Source: Octopus vulgaris
Taxonomy: Eukaryota
NCBI GenBank assembly: GCA_951406725.2
Contig: OX597831.1
Coordinates: forward strand, 4,960,001-5,024,000
Length of the DNA stretch: 64,000 bases
Direction: 5' to 3'
In this document: piece by piece, positions 59,263-64,000 of the stretch
How positions within the stretch are numbered: the first letter of the stretch is position 1
Layout of the letters: every line of letters starts with the position of its first letter
Program-made: the position numbers and the translations under genes
The notes under the pieces: model-generated
What the model was told of the DNA's origin: nothing
Seen by the model: only the letters and a program-made list of their open reading frames with translations
Database searches by the model: none

Positions 59263-59600
59263 AGTAATTTTTATTAACTTTTATAGCTTTAGAATTTTAT
59301 GAACTGTACCACGGATTTAATTATTATTATTTTTCATCTCCATATGTGTTAGCCCCTTTTTTTATAAAAAAAACTATTAGCTAAATATGTATGATATCGG
59401 TACTTATTAATATTATATATACACTGTTATATATTTTGTTTTATTTTGTTCTGGTTACCTTCCTTTTTGTACAAATATGTATTATATTATACAAGTGTAG
59501 CATTATGATGTATAAGTTTTTATATTTTACTTTTTTATATTTTTATATTTATATGTATATGATTATATAATATTTTTCACTATTATAACAAATTTAATTT

Positions 59601-59716
59601 AATTCTCTGAAGAGGCCGTGGGGCATCTTTGTTAATGCCTCATTTATACCTGCCTTTATGGCTTATAGGTTAAATGAGGTATGACTGTCCTCACTGCCGA
59701 AACAGCTGTCAGTTTT
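59601..59716 (+). ncRNA. Type I hammerhead ribozyme with long stem II
   Basis: CUGAAGA (59607-59613), GGC...GCC stem II closing a long hairpin, GAAA (59699-59702), C-AGCU-G, UC; predicted cut after 59710. Confidence 0.8.
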
Positions 59717-59912
59717 GATTTATTTGCATATTGTATTTGTAATTTTTTACTTATATCTCTTTATCTTTTTACTTTTACTATTACTGTATATCTCTTTTCA
59801 TTTTATATATTGCCTTTACTCCTATGTAATGGTGTATTAAAGTATGGATTGAGTATCATCGGATAGTTGATGTTTTATTGATTTAAGTATGTTTCTCCAT
59901 TCTCTAATTTTG

Positions 59913-59985
<73 letters not shown>

Positions 59986-60021
59986 CATATATGTATATGC
60001 ATATATATGTATGTATGTATG

Positions 60022-60053
<32 letters not shown>

Positions 60054-60209
60054 TATATATAGACACATATATATGTATATATGTGTCTATATATACACGT
60101 ATATATATATATATATACACGCACACGCACACGCATGTTTACATACAAACACACACACGCGCACAGGCACATATGTTTGTCTATGTACATATGGATAGAG
60201 AGAAAGAGA

Positions 60210-60365
60210 ATGGGCTTCCACACGGTTTTCGGCGACCAAATTCATTCCCAAGGCATTGGTCAACTCGTTTCTCACGCAGAAGACACCTCCCCATTGTGCT
60301 GCGGAGTGAGGCCGAAACCGAAATCGAGCAGGTTCCAAGCTAATTTCCTAACCATATAGCCAAAC
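60210..60365 (-). mobile_element. SINE family A, old diverged 5' part
   Basis: accaaattcattcccaaggcattggtc...gcagaagacac. Confidence 0.6.
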
Positions 60366-60406
60366 CTACGTTTATACCTACATAAACGTGGATATATGAG
60401 TGTGTG

Positions 60407-60461
<55 letters not shown>

Positions 60462-60652
60462 TGTTCACATATATACACGACGTCTAGAACTTCTCTTCCT
60501 CTCCTTCTCTCCCTTTCTCCTGATCTGTCTCTTTCTCTCTCTCCCTCTCCATGTGTGTATGTGTGTGTGTATACATATATATACACACGGACATACATAC
60601 ATACACAGTTAGTGCTTCTTTAACCTTTTCTCTCTCTCTGCTTGTTATATAT

Positions 60653-60738
<86 letters not shown>

Positions 60739-60948
60739 ATATGTATGTATGTATGTATGTATGTACATTATATATTCATGTATTTATGTATGTATATATG
60801 AATATATGTTTATGAATGCATATATATGTATATATATATATATATATATGCATGTATGTATATATGTATATGTATGAATGCATGTATGTATATATATATG
60901 TGTGTGTGTGTGTGTGCGTGTGTGTGTGTGTATACAGACACAAAAAGA

Positions 60949-60989
<41 letters not shown>

Positions 60990-61812
60990 ATATACACAAT
61001 CCCCAGTGCTCCCCTCTAAGTTATCAACTTTCTACCACATTTATTCTCTGCAGTTTATTCGCCGAAATCAACAGTTTTAATGTTTCCCAACTAATTTACT
61101 TGGCTGCCAAATATTTCACAGTCTTTTCTTTTCTTTCCTTCTCGTTTTTGTTTGTTTGTTTGTCCCCCCTCCCCTTTCTTTTTCCATTATTTTTGCTTTT
61201 AATCTTCTTCTTCTTCTTTCAAGAATTGTTCTCCATTGCTCGCTGTCCATTCTTCGATGCTGCCTTAATGTATAATATAATCCCGACTGCGCTGCTGCTG
61301 CTGCTGCTGCTGCTAACGCCGCCACCAGCACCAGCGCCGCCGTCGACGAATCTATGGCTGCCGTCGCTGTTGCTTCTATAGATGGCGGCCATCTTCAATG
61401 TTCACTCAACACTTGTCTGTAGTTTTGTTATGTTTACCAAAGTACAAAGCGAAATTTAATAATATAACGTCATTATACCATCGTTCCGCTTATTTCTGCA
61501 AGTTTGATCTGTATTGATTAGTTCTTCTTAAGTAGCAATTCCCATGCAATTTAAAGCCATCAATTTCTGCTCTCTGGCAATAGCTATTATTTACTGTCTC
61601 CTCTATATGGTTAACATCACTTAATAACAATATCCTGATACTTATCTCCCTCTCATTGCACACATTTACTCATGCACCACACTCGACTGCAATCTTCAAC
61701 GTTCACAAAGCACTTAACAGTTCTTATTTAGTATTTTTCTCCTTTATAATTTTTAAATTAAAATGTTTAGAAATAATTCCATCTTTCTAGCTTTGTATAG
61801 TTATTCATCCAT

Positions 61813-61843
<31 letters not shown>

Positions 61844-62009
61844 TAACTGCTATCATATTAGTATTGTTGTTGTTTTTGTTGTTGCTGCTGTTGTTGTTCT
61901 TGTTTTCTTTTATGAGAATTTCTGCTGCACCAAGATGAGCAACTCTCTGTTGCCGAGCCACGGTGCTGCATTGTATTCTGAGAATGTAAAACTGTGTTTG
62001 TAAAACCAC

Positions 62010-62390
62010 TTCGGTTCTGCTTTGTTGTGTGCGTTTCGTTTGTTGTTACTCCTGTCTAGGTTTTGTTTAATTCCGTTGGGTAGATCGAAAAACAATCCCC
62101 ACTACTTCACTTTCGTTTTGTTGTTTGGATTTGGTTTAGAGTTCCTCCTGTCTAGTTTTAGTTTAGTTCAGTGGGGTAGATCGAAAAACAATCCCCACTA
62201 CATCAGTTTCGTTTTGTTGTTTGGGTTTGGTTTATCCTTCCTCCTGTCTAGTTTTTGTTTAGTTCAGTGGGGTAGATCGAAAAACAATCCCCACTACATC
62301 AGTTTCGTTTTGTTGTGTGCGTTTCGTTTATCATTCATCCTGTCTAGTTTTTGTTTAGTTCAGTGGGGTAGAGTGAAAAACAATCCCATA
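62010..62390. repeat. 96-bp minisatellite, 4 units
   Basis: gatcgaaaaacaatccc at 62083, 62179 and 62275, and a variant at 62371. Confidence 0.95.
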
Positions 62391-62765
62391 ACCCTTTGCA
62401 AACACGTCTGCGGAATGAAGAAGATGAAGAAAACATTTAACAATAGCAGATTAAATGATAAATTGATAGATTACAATCTGATTTGTTTGGAAGTTCCAAT
62501 ATTTAATAATCTTGCGTCGCTGTTGTTAAAGGACAAGACAGTGACTTGCTATTTGCTTTTAGATTTCAGCCACAATTCATAAATGTGGCGAAAGTCGACA
62601 TATTGCTGACAAAGTCTTCCTTTTCAAAGCAAACATCAAACGATTTGGAAACTAAATTCTATGTTAAATTTACAAGATAACTTTGTACCTGTATTAATAC
62701 GGTGTACCCATATACTTAGATTATACATATGTATAGTGTGTATATATGTATACATATAGGCACAA

Positions 62766-62872
<107 letters not shown>

Positions 62873-62877
62873 TATAG

Positions 62878-63045
62878 GCCCAAGAGTGGTTGTGTGGTTG
62901 AGAGATCAAGGCACGCAACCATGTAGTTTTGGGTTCGGTAACACTACGCGATACGTCGCGCAAGTGTCTTCAACTATAGCCCTGGACTAACTAAAATCTA
63001 TTGCCCCGGACTAATTAATGCCTATTTGGTAGACGAAAACTGTGT
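62878..63045 (+). mobile_element. SINE family A-like, diverged head
   Basis: gagtggttgtgtggtt...gggttcggt...gcaagtgtcttcaactatagccc...atttggtagacg. Confidence 0.65.
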
Positions 63046-63076
63046 ATATATATATGTATATATGCCTCTGTGTGTG

Positions 63077-63107
<31 letters not shown>

Positions 63108-63181
63108 ATGTACATATGCGTACATATATAAATATATACATGTATATATATATATGTATATATACATATATATACATATGC

Positions 63182-63226
<45 letters not shown>

Positions 63227-63247
63227 AGCATTGTGTGTGTGTGTACA

Positions 63248-63522
63248 CACTAATCCCTAGCCATATCGCGGTTCACTTATCGCGGTTCACTTATCACGGT
63301 TCACTTATCACGGTTCACCTATCGCGGTTTATTATTTAAGCTTACGTCGATTCCTGCATGATGTTGTTTTGCATTTATAATATAATAGATATATACAAAT
63401 TATAAAAGTTATATATATATATATATATATATATACAGTACAGTACTGTTTCTACTTCGCAGATTTCCATCCATCGCGTGGGGTTTTGGAACGTAACACC
63501 CGCGATAGACGAAGGGTTACTG
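63248..63522. mobile_element. Tigger/pogo-like MITE
   Basis: Left end cactaatccctagccatatcgcgg vs right end ccgcgatagacgaagggttactg (CAGTAA-type TIR); internal 14-bp tatcRcggttcact repeats at 63264-63323. Confidence 0.75.
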
Positions 63523-63528
63523 TGTGTG

Positions 63529-63566
<38 letters not shown>

Positions 63567-63580
63567 CATAAATGCATATG

Positions 63581-63637
<57 letters not shown>

Positions 63638-64000
63638 GTACATATATATCTATATATATGTGTGTATATCTATATATGTGTGTGTATGTATGTATGTATG
63701 TATGTATGTATGTATGTATGTATGTGCGTCGTCTTATGTCTATGTACTGTACCTTCATATATGCGTCAGCCTTTGGCACTTTGGCACTAAATGAGACAGA
63801 GACAGACGTGTAATAAATTAAGTGATACAAAATCTTTATAAAACAACTTCGTTTGTTACAAAACTTGAAATCTATCGATTTTCCAGTTCTGTAAGACATA
63901 AGATATGGTAATTTAACGCTGGAGATTTGGTGAAGAGCCATTAAGGGAGATTTTACGTTATGTTTCACACTTTTCGGAAACCCTAATAAATAACAAAAAT

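Noticed and set aside
62010-62390. CRISPR-like regular repeat with hairpin
   Set aside because: Whole units are homologous with no unique spacers, there are no cas genes, and the context is eukaryotic

Overview
AT-rich eukaryotic non-coding DNA saturated with (TA)n, (CA)n, (TACA)n, (GATA)n, (GA)n and (TAA)n microsatellites and with tRNA-derived SINEs. The repeat content looks like an octopus/coleoid genome (inferred from SINE types and microsatellite density; not checked against a database). I found no host protein-coding gene, and almost all track ORFs are microsatellite read-throughs. Recognisable coding remnants are three dead LINE fragments: an R4/Dong-type C-terminus with restriction-like endonuclease, an RTE-type fragment and a CR1/L2/Jockey-group fragment. 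There are also about 20 copies of one SINE family, about 10 of a second, two MITEs and a tRNA-Glu-like pseudogene. The most interesting signal is a set of short non-coding islands lodged in or beside (TA)n tracts. Several carry type I hammerhead ribozyme motifs: one with an intact core and an 85-nt stem II domain at 59601-59716, a three-copy CCGNNGA family, and a CUUGAAGA variant. Others show an asymmetric fold-back plus about 100 bp tail. Together these suggest microsatellite-targeting Penelope-like/retrozyme elements. All structures were derived by eye, and repeat boundaries are approximate (about +/-10 bp).
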